NCBI GenBank assembly: GCA_964016885.1
Contig: OZ024742.1
Coordinates: 42,656,001 to 42,720,000 of the forward strand
Direction of reading: 5' to 3'
Length of the DNA stretch: 64,000 nt
Origin: Eledone cirrhosa
Lineage: Eukaryota
The notes under the pieces were generated by a model. It made no database searches, was not told where the DNA came from, and was given only the letters and a program-made list of their open reading frames with translations. Positions 1-11,646 of the stretch are shown piece after piece (the first letter of the stretch is position 1; each line of letters starts with the position of its first letter). Position numbers and translations under genes: made by a program.

Positions 1-116
1 TATTTTATTTTGGGAGAATGGGATGTATAAATGAGAGAAGAGGGTGCGCATTGTAGAGCTAGCCTAGGGCACTAAATACCCAAGCATTAGTACTGCTTAC
101 ATAGATAGCTACAAAC

Positions 117-147
<31 letters not shown>

Positions 148-355
148 CATACATACATACATACATACATACATACATACATACATACATACATACATAC
201 ATTACATATATGCGTACATACATTCATATATACATTCATACATTCATATATTCATACATAAATTCCTATATACATACTCACATACATACATACATATGTA
301 CATACATTCATATACATACAAACATACATACTTGCTTATATGCATACATAATTAC

Positions 356-830
356 ATATGTACACACATACATCACGCATGCATTACACATGCACACGTC
401 CCTCCATAAAGATATGCCTATATATATATATAAATAAATATATGTATATATGTATATATAAATATATATATGTATATATAAATATATATATGTATGACAT
501 ATATATATGTCATACATACACATACAAACATACATTATGTGTGTACCTAATTAAATATGTACACACATACATCACGCATGCATTACACATGCACACGTCC
601 CTCCATAAAGATATGCCTATATATATATATAAATAAATATATGTATATATGTATATATAAATATATATATGTATATATAAATATATATATGTATGACATA
701 TATATATGTCATACATACACATACAAACATACATTATGTGTGTACCTAATTAAATATGTACACACATACATCACGCATGCATTACACATGCACACGCCCC
801 CCTCCATAAAGATATGCCTATATATATATA
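356..830. repeat. 199-bp tandem repeat, about 2.4 copies
   Basis: ATGTACACACATACATCACGCATGCATTAC recurs at about 358, 557 and 756. Confidence 0.9.
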
Positions 831-853
831 TGTTTAATAGATAGATATATAAA

Positions 854-1011
<158 letters not shown>

Positions 1012-1239
1012 GATAGATAGATAGATAGATATAAATATGTGTGCGTGTTTCAGGATTGAGGAAAGAGAGTGACACACATCCCAACAACACATGCTAGAGC
1101 ACGTGTCTATCATATTACACAAGTCCTTAGACATAAACACAGACACACATAGTTGTCTAGCCATGCCGGGGAGATATGTGACACTGTTACGTATGTATAT
1201 ATATATGTGACACTGTTATCTATATATGTATATATGTCT

Positions 1240-1285
1240 CACCCTTGCAAGCAGGGAAAAGCGGACGTAAAATGATGATGATGAT
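1240..1285 (+). mobile_element. Isolated RTE/SINE 3' tail fragment
   Basis: CACCCTTGCAAGCAGGGAAAAGCGGACGTAAAATGATGATG matches the 3' end of the RTE at 23820. Confidence 0.8.
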
Positions 1286-2543
1286 ATGTATGGGACACCG
1301 TTATGTATTATGTATGTGTATATGAATGTATGGGACAGTGTTTTGTATGTATGTATATGTGTATGTATGCATGTGTGTATGTATGCATGCATGTGTGTGT
1401 GTATGTATGTGTGTATGTATGCATGTGTGTGTGAATGTGTGTATGTTATTTCTTTCTCTTAATTTCGAGTATATTTTTTATATGTATGTATGTTTGTATG
1501 TATGTATGTGTGCATGTATGTATGTGTGTATGTATGTATGTGTGTATGTATGTATGCATGTATGTATGTGTGTATATATGTATGTGTGTATGTATGTGTG
1601 GGAGATTGTTATGTATGTATGTATGTATTTATGTATAGGACATTGTTATATATGTGTATCTATGTATGTATGTATACATGCATGCATATGTGTATGTATG
1701 TGTGTATATATGTATGTGTGTATGTATGTGTGGGAGATTGTTATGTATGTATGTATGTATTTATGTATAGGACAGTGTTATATATGTGTGTGTATGTATG
1801 TATGTATATATGGATGTATCTATGTATGTATACATGCATGCATATGTGTATGTATGTGTGCATGTATGTATGCATATATGTGTGCATATATATGTATGTA
1901 TATATGTATATCTGCATGTCTGTATGTATGTTTTGTATGTATGTATACATGCATATATGTGTGTATGTATGGGTGTATGTATGTATGTATGTTTATATGT
2001 ATGTATGCATGTATATATATATACATGCGTGCATGTGTGTGTGCATATGTATGTATATGTCTATGTATATATGCATGAGTGTATGTGTATGTATTTATGT
2101 ATATGTGTGTGTGTGTGTATATGTATATATATGTATGTATGTATATGTAAGTATGTATATATGTATATATGTATGTATATATATATCTGTATACATGTAT
2201 GTATATCTGTGTATATGTATATATGTATGTATATCTGTATGTATGTATATATGTATATATACAGACTGACTAGAAGGGGTGTCACTGTGGATTATACCCT
2301 AATTTAGGTCATGGTCCTTATATCTACTTTTTCACTTCACATATTCGAACACAATACAACAATATATACATAATACACTTATCATTATATACACCATTAT
2401 ATAATATACACACTCATTACACATGCTATTATGATATATATAGCACAAAGGGAGTCAGTTGGGTAATATTTGAAATCTCTAACACTTTGAAATATATACA
2501 CATACACACACATATTCACACACACAAAAACACACACACACAT

Positions 2544-2613
<70 letters not shown>

Positions 2614-2632
2614 GTGTGTGTATGTATATATA

Positions 2633-2676
<44 letters not shown>

Positions 2677-2796
2677 GAAGTTATATTTAAATTGTTGGGA
2701 TACAACAAGCAAATATTTTTATAACTGATATAAAGCACTCAACAAATTATTACGATATATTAACAAATGGAAACTATATTTATAAAACCATATTTA

Positions 2797-2857
2797 TTTC
2801 ATTATACATATTTCAAGGACACCAAGTCAAATTATGGTGCGCTTTCATCAGATAAAA
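2797..2857 (-). ncRNA. Type I hammerhead ribozyme motif (left-arm copy)
   Basis: Reverse complement of the motif at 3177-3237. Confidence 0.75.
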
Positions 2858-2990
2858 TATAGATCAGTTTTATAAATAAATATTGACATACCCTTAAAGA
2901 ATGCGACCATTTCTGTTGGAAAGGAGCTTTCAACAGAAATGGTCGCATTCTTTAAGGGTATGTCAATATTTATTTATAAAACTGATCTAT

Positions 2991-3175
2991 GTGGATTGGC
3001 AGTATCGGTAGAGGGTCGGACGCCATGCTTTCCAGCATAGTTACGTCCCTTTACGATCTGAGTTCAAATCCCGCCGAGGTTGACTTTGCCTTTCATCCTT
3101 ACGGGGTCGATAAAATAAAGTACCAGTAATGCACTGGGTAATTGCTGGCCTTGTGCCTAAAGTAGAAACAATTAT
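2991..3175 (+). mobile_element. tRNA-derived SINE, family 2 (Meta-domain-like core)
   Basis: B-box-like GAGTTCAAATCC and the core GCCTTTCATCCTTACGGGGTCGATAAAATAAAGTACC. Further copies near 30107 (-), 44290 (+) and 63349 (-). Confidence 0.85.
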
Positions 3176-3176
3176 A

Positions 3177-3237
3177 TTTTATCTGATGAAAGCGCACCAT
3201 AATTTGACTTGGTGTCCTTGAAATATGTATAATGAAA
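3177..3237 (+). ncRNA. Type I hammerhead ribozyme motif
   Basis: ttttat-CTGATGA-aag..cacca/tggtg..ctt-GAAA-tatgta-TA-atgaaa. Stem I ttttat/atgaaa (one G-U), stem II pairs, short stem III. Confidence 0.75.
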
Positions 3238-3281
3238 TAAATATGGTTTTATAAATATAGTTTTCATTTGTTAATATATCG

Positions 3282-3317
<36 letters not shown>

Positions 3318-3624
3318 TAGCAGTTTAGCCCGGCGTTGCTCGGGTTTGTTCATTTGCTATGAAAAGTTACATACGAATAAGTTACATACGAATAAGCTTA
3401 TCAATTAAGTGCATAAAGCAGTTGAACCGGTTATTAAAAGTTACGAACCAATTAGCATTTTAGTCAATCAATGATGGGTTAATAATCTTCCAATAGCGAA
3501 TTTAGTAGACCAAAGTTGCAAGACGGTGGCCCTGATGCCACTGGGTGTCAGATCTGTCCGCCATGGGATACCCTACCAGGAAATAGTGTTCCAGACGGCA
3601 TAGCTGCAACACCTGCACCAACAT

Positions 3625-6510
3625 CTATAGCACCTCTTTGTAGACGATATTGCGTGTAATCCCTTGAGGAGTGTAAGCAAAAAGTCCATTCCTGCAGGCA
3701 ACAACATAAAGTTGGCCATGGGAGAAGCATAGCTCCCCCAAATGGATGCCCGCCACCGACAATGTTTGCCCTTGTGACGTGTTAATGGACATGGCAAAAC
3801 ATGGTCTCACCGGGAGTTGGGATCGCCGGAAATCGAATGGGATATCTGACGGCGAGGGGAAAAGGTTCATCCTTGGAATGAAAACATTCTCCCCTCTCCC
3901 GCACCCTATTACAATGGTGGCCTCAATTAAGTGGGGCGTCAGTGATTTGACGACCATGCGAGTACCGTTGCACTGCTTTGGTGGACGCACGTTCCTTATT
4001 AGCATAATGGGACAGCCAACCCTAAGCTTAAGAATGTGAGGTGGGGGCCCTGGGGGCTCAAGGGAATTTAATAACTCAACCGGATAATTAACGATATCGT
4101 TAATTACTAATCTATCTGACGTCCGGTCGATAGATTTGAAGGTGGTTCTTTACCGGGAAACTGTCAATCAGCTGCTCGTTAATAAAATTAACCATGGTAT
4201 TTTTCGGAGCAAGGATGGCTCCCTCGCTGAGCCAATCGAGGTTTTCAAAGTTAGATAAGACATTAGGAAAAACTGCTTCCCAAAGGTCAGAAGGGCTGCT
4301 CACAATGTTGCACAGGGAGTCGATTGCTATGCCGCCCTTGGCATCCGCAGGGACTTTGCCCTCACCAAGTGCTAAAATGTTCTGAGCAAATGCTGCAGAT
4401 ATGTTGTCACCATGCAAATGAGCACGCATATTTGTGTTCAGGTACAAACTCTTAACCTGGAGTCACAACATGGACGACTTAAAGAAGGCACGCACTTCAT
4501 CAGCTCTTGTCCCTTTGGGGATGACAGGCAGCGTTTGTCGAAAATCCCCTGATAGCAGAAGGGTTACGCCACCCATAGGAGCCGTAGAATCCCTAATGTC
4601 TTTCAGCCGTAGAATCCCCAATGCCTCAAGGGCACCCTTGTGTGCCATTGTGCACTCATCCCGAACAATGAGGCAACATTTTTTGAGAACCAGAGCTTCG
4701 TGTGAACCCTTGCTGATATTGCATGTTGGTGTCTCAGTTTTTACTAAATCTAAGGGGAGTTTAAAGGTTGAATGTGCTGTCCTGCCTCCCGGCAGCAAAG
4801 TAGCAGCGATCCCGGACGATGCAACAGCCAACGCAATTTTTTTCTCCTGACGAATCTTAGCGAGTATCAATTTCGTTACAAAAGTTTTTCCGGTAGCCCC
4901 AAGAGCATCGAGAAAGTAAATACCCCCAGTCTGATTTTGATCCGCGTCAGAAGTTTGGGCTCATTTTCCTCTAAGTATTGGGAAAGAGATTCGATGTCAT
5001 ATGCTGTTTCCCGCAACAAATCCAGGGCCAACGTGTTAGCTTCCTCTCTGACGGTTGACGGCAAGCCATACGTCGCCAACTCACTCCCACCCATGTCGAG
5101 GAGGGCGTCCTCGATATCAATGAGTGCCCTGTTGTAGATAATGTCACTGTAACCAACTTCCACTGAAGGATACTGCAGATGAGCCAGGCGCAGGAAGTCC
5201 TCAGACATGAAGTCTCTGTACTTGACCCATAAAGATTTGAGATCACTCAATTCACACTTTTGAAGCAAAATGGCAAAGAGATCCCGTAGACCTTTAGGTG
5301 ATTTCAGCAAAGCACCATCTGCTAAAGTGGAATCCCATTGCGAATCATCTTCCAAAAGACCACGCTTAAAGCAGGCTTCCCGGTACGTATCACATATTTC
5401 TCCATCAACAGTTTTGAGGTCCTGAAAACTTTGTTGGCCTACAACTTCAAGCAGAAGAAGGCGGAAATGAAAGCACTCATACTGACTTGGGGGCACAGTG
5501 TAAACCCTTCCAAGACAGCTGTCAAATTTTACAGCCTGACCTGACTTTCTTCGCACCCAAGTGTTTTTCGACCATATAAAGTAGGATAGAACCTGGAGGT
5601 ACACAATTGTTTGCGCACATGTATCGAACTGGCAAAGTTTGAAGAAACCCGTCAGAGTGATCTCTTTCGGATCGGCGGCCAACTTGGTGGCGGTTTGGTC
5701 CGTAAAGTAAACCCTTTGCCCATTTTCCAAATGTACCACAAGCTGTACTACGATGGCGGGGTGCCGTTGGTGTAGGGGTAAACCAAATAGGCGCCAAAAA
5801 GCTTCATTGCTACTGATGTACCGCCCCGCCAGGTATTCTGTGACCTCGTCCCTGCTATTTTCAGCTTGAAATGCGAACAATGCGGTATCAGAGTCCTTAT
5901 TTACATATTTGTATATGTATTTTATCGACTTGACGGAGTTGCAAAACTCAACGTTGATGTGGGCGTTGAACATCTTCAAGAGAAGATAGCAGTAAGGGAC
6001 CACCCATCTATTGTCGACTTGACCTCCCTTTACTGTTGTGGTGAAGTCACCGTTCTCGGGCCGTCTCCGCCTGTACAGGGGGTACCCGTCGCCACCAGTC
6101 TGAGTCTGGTCAACAAATGTTTTTGGGTATCCCTTACTGCACGCCCCCCCCCCCTTTGAGACACGTGTGATGCTCATTAGGACCCGACGCACCTGGACCA
6201 TGTTAGCTTTGACGATGTCATGTAATTCCTGGTCAGTTGCTGGGTTAGGGATGTCAGCCGAAATGAAGCTGTCTATGGCATTTGAATTGATTTTATCAGC
6301 TAACCAAATCAAAATGTGAGCATGTGGCAGCCCTCGTTTTTGCGATTCGACGGTGAACATGACACATTTTACAACCCCAAATACCTGACCCTTTTTGATT
6401 AAAGCTATGAGTTTAGCCAGTTTCAGTCTGTACACTCTGGCAATGAGGTCATGTCTGTTCGAATAATCTTGTCCAGGAAAAAGTTCACGGGTTACATTCC
6501 GATTCATATG
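3625..6510 (-). pseudogene. Helitron Rep/PIF1 helicase (RepHel), frameshifted and N-terminally truncated
   Basis: HUH motif ESQKRGLPHAHILIWL, Y2 motif SIKYIYKYVNK, Walker A GATGKT across a frameshift, and GIAATLL, GDFRQTLPV, FAMSINTSQGQT, FSHGQLYV. Split over four ORFs. Confidence 0.95.
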
Positions 6511-6735
6511 TCTATAGCATTAATCTGTTATATGAAGTGTTATTTTGCGGGTTGTTATTTGCAATAAGCCGATTGAAAATGCCCCAGGTAAGCCGTATGT
6601 CAATACGGAACGCTCAACACGGAACGCTCCACTGCAGTGTTGTCATATATGGAGTGAAGAGCGACAGAGAGAGTAAAGCAGTTAAATTATAGAGGGAGGG
6701 AATATACGGAACGCTCCATTTGATCATAAACATTG

Positions 6736-9700
6736 ATTTCTTTATTAGCCACAAGGGCGCAACAAGAAAGGGGACAATACAAAGACATGCCGGGGATTTT
6801 ACATACAGTCGTGTAAAAAATATAAAAACAAACAATTTCAACAATCGAAATCCCCAATAGGGGGGAGGCGCCACAAATGGGTTGTTTAATACCCCGTCGA
6901 TAGAACAACCCTCAACTCAAGGAGCGTGTTGTGCAAGTGCTCCTTTCTTCCTTTTGCTCTCTTCCTCAACCTACAGGCTTATAAACAGAGAAGGCCCAAT
7001 CACTCGGGCCATTTTCGCTTCATTCACCCACCTTTCAGTAAATTTACTGGGGTGCAGTGCCTCTCTCTCCACCCTGATTCTCCTTCTAAAGTGATACTTA
7101 AAGAATGGAATCAATTGTTGTCCGGAGAGAAAGGCATCTGTCCTCAGTCCTCTCAACCTCGTCCACCATATAACTTCTTTCACCATAGCCACCGTACAGA
7201 GGAAAACCGCCTCTCTTTCGTTTTTGAAAGAGTCTGGCGGTTTGATCCTTACTATGGATTCGGCAGTCAACTGTATTTGTCCCATACGCGACAGCAGTTG
7301 TTCTGCATAGTTCCACAGGTCGCTTACGCCCGGGCAGTGTACAATTGCGTGCAGAACTGTTTCAATGTCCTGCGCACATCTTGGACACGTCCTCTTGGAA
7401 GGATCCCTGCCAGGGCGTCCGTGCCTGTAGATCTTGTCACGAACCGGTAGAGCTCCTCGGTAGCACTGCCAGGCCAGGGACCTCTGGAAGTTGTCCATAG
7501 GTCCCGGGCGGAAAGTCCTACCAAACATACTGGTGAGCTCATCGTCTTCGACGCCCAGAGTCTCTCCGAGCACGTCGTCGCCCTTGTAACGTACAATCCC
7601 TCTATAGAATGTCGAAGTGGAGTATCCACTGATTGCTGCGCCCGCTTGCCAGAGGACTGTGAGCGCCTGAGCGCATTCAATGTGCCAGGCGCCCATCGTT
7701 TTCGGTCTTTTCTTCACCCAGGACTGCAGCTCCGTTAGCGAGACGAGCTGTGGGAAAGCCTGTCTCACAAACGGTGCCCACACCGGTTGGGGGTCGGTGA
7801 GGAATACCTGGAGATGCCGCAGCCTCAGCGCATGTTTGCGCATCATCAGCCACGGCATTCCCAGCCCTCCGTTGGAAGGGTGCTGACAGCAGACGGATTT
7901 CCTCACCAGCGGAGCCTGCTTCTTCCACAGAAACTGGAAGAGCATGCGTTCCATCTTGGCGAGGTGTTCACGGGGACAAGGCACGACAGTCAAGCGGTAG
8001 TAGATGACGGACAGTTTGCACTCTGCCCACTTCTGAGTGAGTGCAAACACCTTGGCCGTGACCTCGTTCCAGTTTTTCTCCACCTGGAGGTCTGGACCGA
8101 ACCAGACCCCGAGCAATTTCACCGGTCCGTCCGTCCAGCGTCCAACGACGCTGTCGGATGTCATCGGTTTGCCTCTCCACGTACCGAGTTGCAAACCGAC
8201 AGACTTGTCTGGGTTTAGTTTTGCTCCCGTCAGCGTTTCGTATTCTTTCAGTATGTTGCCGATCACCCCGATTTCCGAGGTGCTCGACACCATTACTGTC
8301 ACGTCGTCGGCATAAGCCGAGGCCGCTTTGCGCAGTCCCGGTTCTAGGGGGATGCCCTGCAACAGCTCCAATTTCCGCAGTAGTGGCTCTAGAGTCAATA
8401 CATACAGAATGGAGGAGAGAGGGCATCCCTGTCGAATGGAACGCGTGATTGCGAACGGCTCCGATAGGTAGCCGTTCACCTTGACCCTCGAGCAGATGCT
8501 GGTGTGCATCGCCTCGATCCATCCTCTGAACACGGGACCGAAACCGGCCGCCTTGAGAACCGCTTCCAAGTATCGATGGTCGACCCTATCGAATGCCTTA
8601 GACTGATCCAAGTTGATCAGAGCCCCACCGAAGCCGGGTTTACTACCCACCCTCTCTATGATGTATCGCATGAGGTGGAGGTTGTCGTGTATGGACCTGG
8701 TCGGGATTGCACACGTTTGCGCTTTCCCTACCAGGTTCTCGACGACAAGCGCCAACCTCGTCGCTAGCACCTTGGCCAAAATCTTTAACTCTGTGTTGAG
8801 CAGAGTTATGGGCCTGAAGTTGTTAATTTCGTCCCCCTTGTTCTCGTCTTTCCTGATCAGCGTTACTACGCCCTTGCCTGCAGAACTGGGAATTCTCCCG
8901 TTCTGCTGCCAATTGCAGTAGACGGCTTCGAGGACGCCAGAGAACAAGTCCGGCATGCCTATGTAAAATTCGTAGGGTAGACCATCTAGACCGGGTGACT
9001 TGCGTTTCCCGCAGCGGCCCAGAGCGTCCCGTATCTCAGTGTCCGTGATCGGTCTTTCGCAGAACTCGGCGTCCGTGTTCGAGAGACGCGGCAGGCCGTC
9101 GAGGTATGAACTAAAGTCCATTGCCCCGTTCGGCTCACCGTCGTTCTGCTCAAACAGTCGCGCAAAGTGCCGCTGAAAGGCCGCGCACATTTGCTTGGGG
9201 TCAAGTAGCACGCGTCCGTTTTGGTCTTTCAAAGACCGAATCGTGGACTTGTTGCCACTTTTTGCCTCCGCCACTCGGGCCCAGCTGACAGCTTTCGCTC
9301 CTTCGTTTCCTAGAGCACGTGTTTTGCTTCTGACCACGCAGCCTTCGTGTTTCGCATCGAAGAACTGGTCCAGTGCCGTTCTCGACGCTAACACTCTAGC
9401 CGCGTTGCCACTTCTAAGTGCCTCCTCTACCTTGGCTACTAGTTCTCTTTCTATTCTGTTTTTCTCTAAGGCTAACTCTCTGCTATACCCTATCGATTCT
9501 ATTCTAATTGCTTTCTTGAGAGAGTACCACCATCTATTGTTGACGATGGATCCCGTTAACTGTTGCTTGACTAGTTTACTTATCCGTTCACTGTAAGCTT
9601 TACGTGCCGGCAACGACACATTCAGCTTCCAGTATCCGGGACCCTGTCTATGTATTCTATCACGGTTGACTAAGCAGACGACTAACTTGTGATCTGAATA

Positions 9701-10579
9701 GGCAACCATGTGCATTCGTGAACAGCTTAACATATCCTTGTCCCTTTCTCTAATGAAGAACCTATCTAAATACGATCTAGATGTCCCACTGCGGTTTACC
9801 CACGTCCACTGTGGTGCAGTCGGGAAATCCAGTCGATACCTATCGGCCAGTTGGAATTGGCCGATTAAAGTTTTGAGGCTGTTGCACCCCGCTCTACTGG
9901 GACATGCTCCCACATAGTCCCATCGTGCATCTAGGATACCATTCCAGTCCCCCACTAAAAGTAAGGAGCGAGACGTTCCCAGAAAAGACTCTAGACGCTT
10001 AAAGAAGTCTGGCCGTGATTGCGATTGCCCGGTCGGGGCATAAACGGCCACCAGTCTGAAGGCTCCACCTCCGATACTGTTCACGTCTAGGACTACCAGT
10101 CTACCCTCCGGGTCCAAGTGTACTTGCTGTACTCCGACGTCCAGGTTCTTCCGAAACATAACAGCCACTCCACCTCCACCTCCTGGCTGACAGAGAGATG
10201 CGTAGATCTCAAAGTCGTCGAAGATGGGGGTTAGTTGTTGCCTGTTGTGGATTCTGGACTCGGTGATGGCTATCACATCCATACTGTGTGACCTAAGGTC
10301 GTTTAAAAGTTGGCCCTGTTTCCAGGGCATCCCTAGGCCACGCACATTCACGGTTCCAACTCGTAAACCAGCCATGTTGGTGAAGAAAAGTTGGAGAAAA
10401 AGGACGAAAGGTGCACTTACCTTTTCGTTTCCTGGAGATCGGGTTGTTCAATCTCCATTTGGGTGCTGGATGGGGTGTTGGGTGGGGTGGGGAAACCTTT
10501 CAACAGGACGCGGTTGATGGGTTTGTGGCAGGGGTTGCCCACGTCCTGTGAAAATTTAATTTTCAGGTCTTTATAGGTT
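6736..10579 (-). mobile_element. L1/Tx1-clade non-LTR retrotransposon, 5'-truncated within ORF1, nested in the Helitron
   Basis: 21-bp TSD TCCATTTGATCATAAACATTG at 6715-6735 and 10580-10600. AATAAA near the 3' end. Open ORF2 and a C-terminal piece of ORF1. Confidence 0.92.
6971..10375 (-). CDS. L1/Tx1 ORF2: APE endonuclease, reverse transcriptase, CCHC zinc knuckle
   Basis: 1134 aa. TVNVRGL, GDWN, SYLDRF, SDHKLV (APE). KSPGLDG, RPITLLN, DQSKAFD, QGCPLS, YADD (RT). CPRC..ETVLHAIVHC. Confidence 0.95.
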   Translation of the reverse strand: MAGLRVGTVNVRGLGMPWKQGQLLNDLRSHSMDVIAITESRIHNRQQLTPIFDDFEIYASLCQPGGGGGVAVMFRKNLDVGVQQVHLDPEGRLVVLDVNSIGGGAFRLVAVYAPTGQSQSRPDFFKRLESFLGTSRSLLLVGDWNGILDARWDYVGACPSRAGCNSLKTLIGQFQLADRYRLDFPTAPQWTWVNRSGTSRSYLDRFFIRERDKDMLSCSRMHMVAYSDHKLVVCLVNRDRIHRQGPGYWKLNVSLPARKAYSERISKLVKQQLTGSIVNNRWWYSLKKAIRIESIGYSRELALEKNRIERELVAKVEEALRSGNAARVLASRTALDQFFDAKHEGCVVRSKTRALGNEGAKAVSWARVAEAKSGNKSTIRSLKDQNGRVLLDPKQMCAAFQRHFARLFEQNDGEPNGAMDFSSYLDGLPRLSNTDAEFCERPITDTEIRDALGRCGKRKSPGLDGLPYEFYIGMPDLFSGVLEAVYCNWQQNGRIPSSAGKGVVTLIRKDENKGDEINNFRPITLLNTELKILAKVLATRLALVVENLVGKAQTCAIPTRSIHDNLHLMRYIIERVGSKPGFGGALINLDQSKAFDRVDHRYLEAVLKAAGFGPVFRGWIEAMHTSICSRVKVNGYLSEPFAITRSIRQGCPLSSILYVLTLEPLLRKLELLQGIPLEPGLRKAASAYADDVTVMVSSTSEIGVIGNILKEYETLTGAKLNPDKSVGLQLGTWRGKPMTSDSVVGRWTDGPVKLLGVWFGPDLQVEKNWNEVTAKVFALTQKWAECKLSVIYYRLTVVPCPREHLAKMERMLFQFLWKKQAPLVRKSVCCQHPSNGGLGMPWLMMRKHALRLRHLQVFLTDPQPVWAPFVRQAFPQLVSLTELQSWVKKRPKTMGAWHIECAQALTVLWQAGAAISGYSTSTFYRGIVRYKGDDVLGETLGVEDDELTSMFGRTFRPGPMDNFQRSLAWQCYRGALPVRDKIYRHGRPGRDPSKRTCPRCAQDIETVLHAIVHCPGVSDLWNYAEQLLSRMGQIQLTAESIVRIKPPDSFKNEREAVFLCTVAMVKEVIWWTRLRGLRTDAFLSGQQLIPFFKYHFRRRIRVEREALHPSKFTERWVNEAKMARVIGPSLFISL

Positions 10580-10860
10580 TCCATTTGATCATAAACATTG
10601 TTTCTCTCTCTGCAGTGTTGTCATATGGGGAGTGAAGAGCGACAGAAAGAGTAAAGCAGTTAAATTATGGAGAGGGGGAATGATCATGATCGAATTTTGC
10701 CCTTATTGTTGATGGATTTGAAATGTTTTTGCTTCATGACCTTTTCCTGACCAACAGCAATAATTGTCCCGACTTTGAATAGAATCCGTTCGAAATTGTG
10801 GACGTGCATACGTTACAAACCTTAACACACACATCCTCAGCTTTATATATAGAGATATAT

Positions 10861-11198
10861 GGAGGTACATGGCTTAGTGGTTAGAGCACTGGCCTTGCAA
10901 TCGAAAGGTTGTGAGTTCAATTCTCGGACCGGGTGATGTGTTGTTTCCTTGAGCAAGACACTTTATTTCACATTGCTCCAGTTTACTCAGCTGTAGAAAT
11001 GAGATGATAGGGACTGGGGTCCATATCATTCCACTGCAAAGTGGTTGTAGAGGTGCCACACCAAAAAATCACCCAGCACTCACTGTAAATGAGATTGGTG
11101 TTAGGAAGGGCATCCAGCTGTAGAAATCAAGCCAGAATCAGTTCCCGTCCCACCCTTGCAAGCAGGGAAAAGCGGACGTAAAATTATGATGATGATGA
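10861..11198 (+). mobile_element. tRNA-derived SINE, family 1, with RTE-A tail
   Basis: A box TGGCTTAGTGG, B box GAGTTCAATTC, tail CCCGTCCCACCCTTGCAAGCAGGGAAAAGCGGACGTAAA plus (GAT)n. Confidence 0.9.
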
Positions 11199-11646
11199 TA
11201 TATATATATATGTGTGTAGTAATGAAATATGTAAATGTGTAGTAATGAAATATGTAAATGTGAGTGCGATGTCCGCCTAAACAAATTTTGCTCAATGACC
11301 GAAAGAGTTAAAATAATCAAAAGAATTAAAATAACTCAATAATCAGAGCTATTTATCAAATTACAAAATACGATGAAATAATAGACCAAAAATATGCCTA
11401 TTTTTTCTTCAAAGTCCCGACTGCAGTTTCGCTGAATCAGTTTGCACCGATTTCTACACTATAAAAATGCATCATCGCTGTAAGGTTGATAGGGCGTATC
11501 AAGAGACCCCTCAAAAAAGGACTGTTTCTTGATGTGTTCGTAGCAAGTGAGAAATTCTCGAGAAGCGGAGGGAGAAATTAACATAACAGTCTGCTCATGA
11601 AATTTACTTGTAAGAGTTTGAGCATTCCACAGACGTGTGTATCCAT

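Larger units (their letters stand above)
2674..3287. mobile_element. Fold-back palindromic PLE-derived element (about 170-bp arms, 2751-3283), flanked by (TA)n, with a SINE inserted in the right arm
   Basis: 2751-2918 is the reverse complement of 2931-2990 plus 3176-3283. Each arm contains a hammerhead motif. Confidence 0.8.
3317..10855 (-). mobile_element. Helitron (decayed autonomous type)
   Basis: 5' TCTCTATATATAAAG at 10855. 3' hairpin CCCGAGCAACGCCGGG followed by CTAG ending at 3317. Inserted between A and T. RepHel coding remnants inside. Confidence 0.92.

Noticed and set aside
6882-10517. Plus-strand ORFs overlapping Tx1 ORF2
   Set aside because: Antisense shadows of a GC-rich coding sequence.
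10861-10935. tRNA gene
   Set aside because: It is the tRNA-like head of a SINE. It continues into a SINE body and is repeated in the window.
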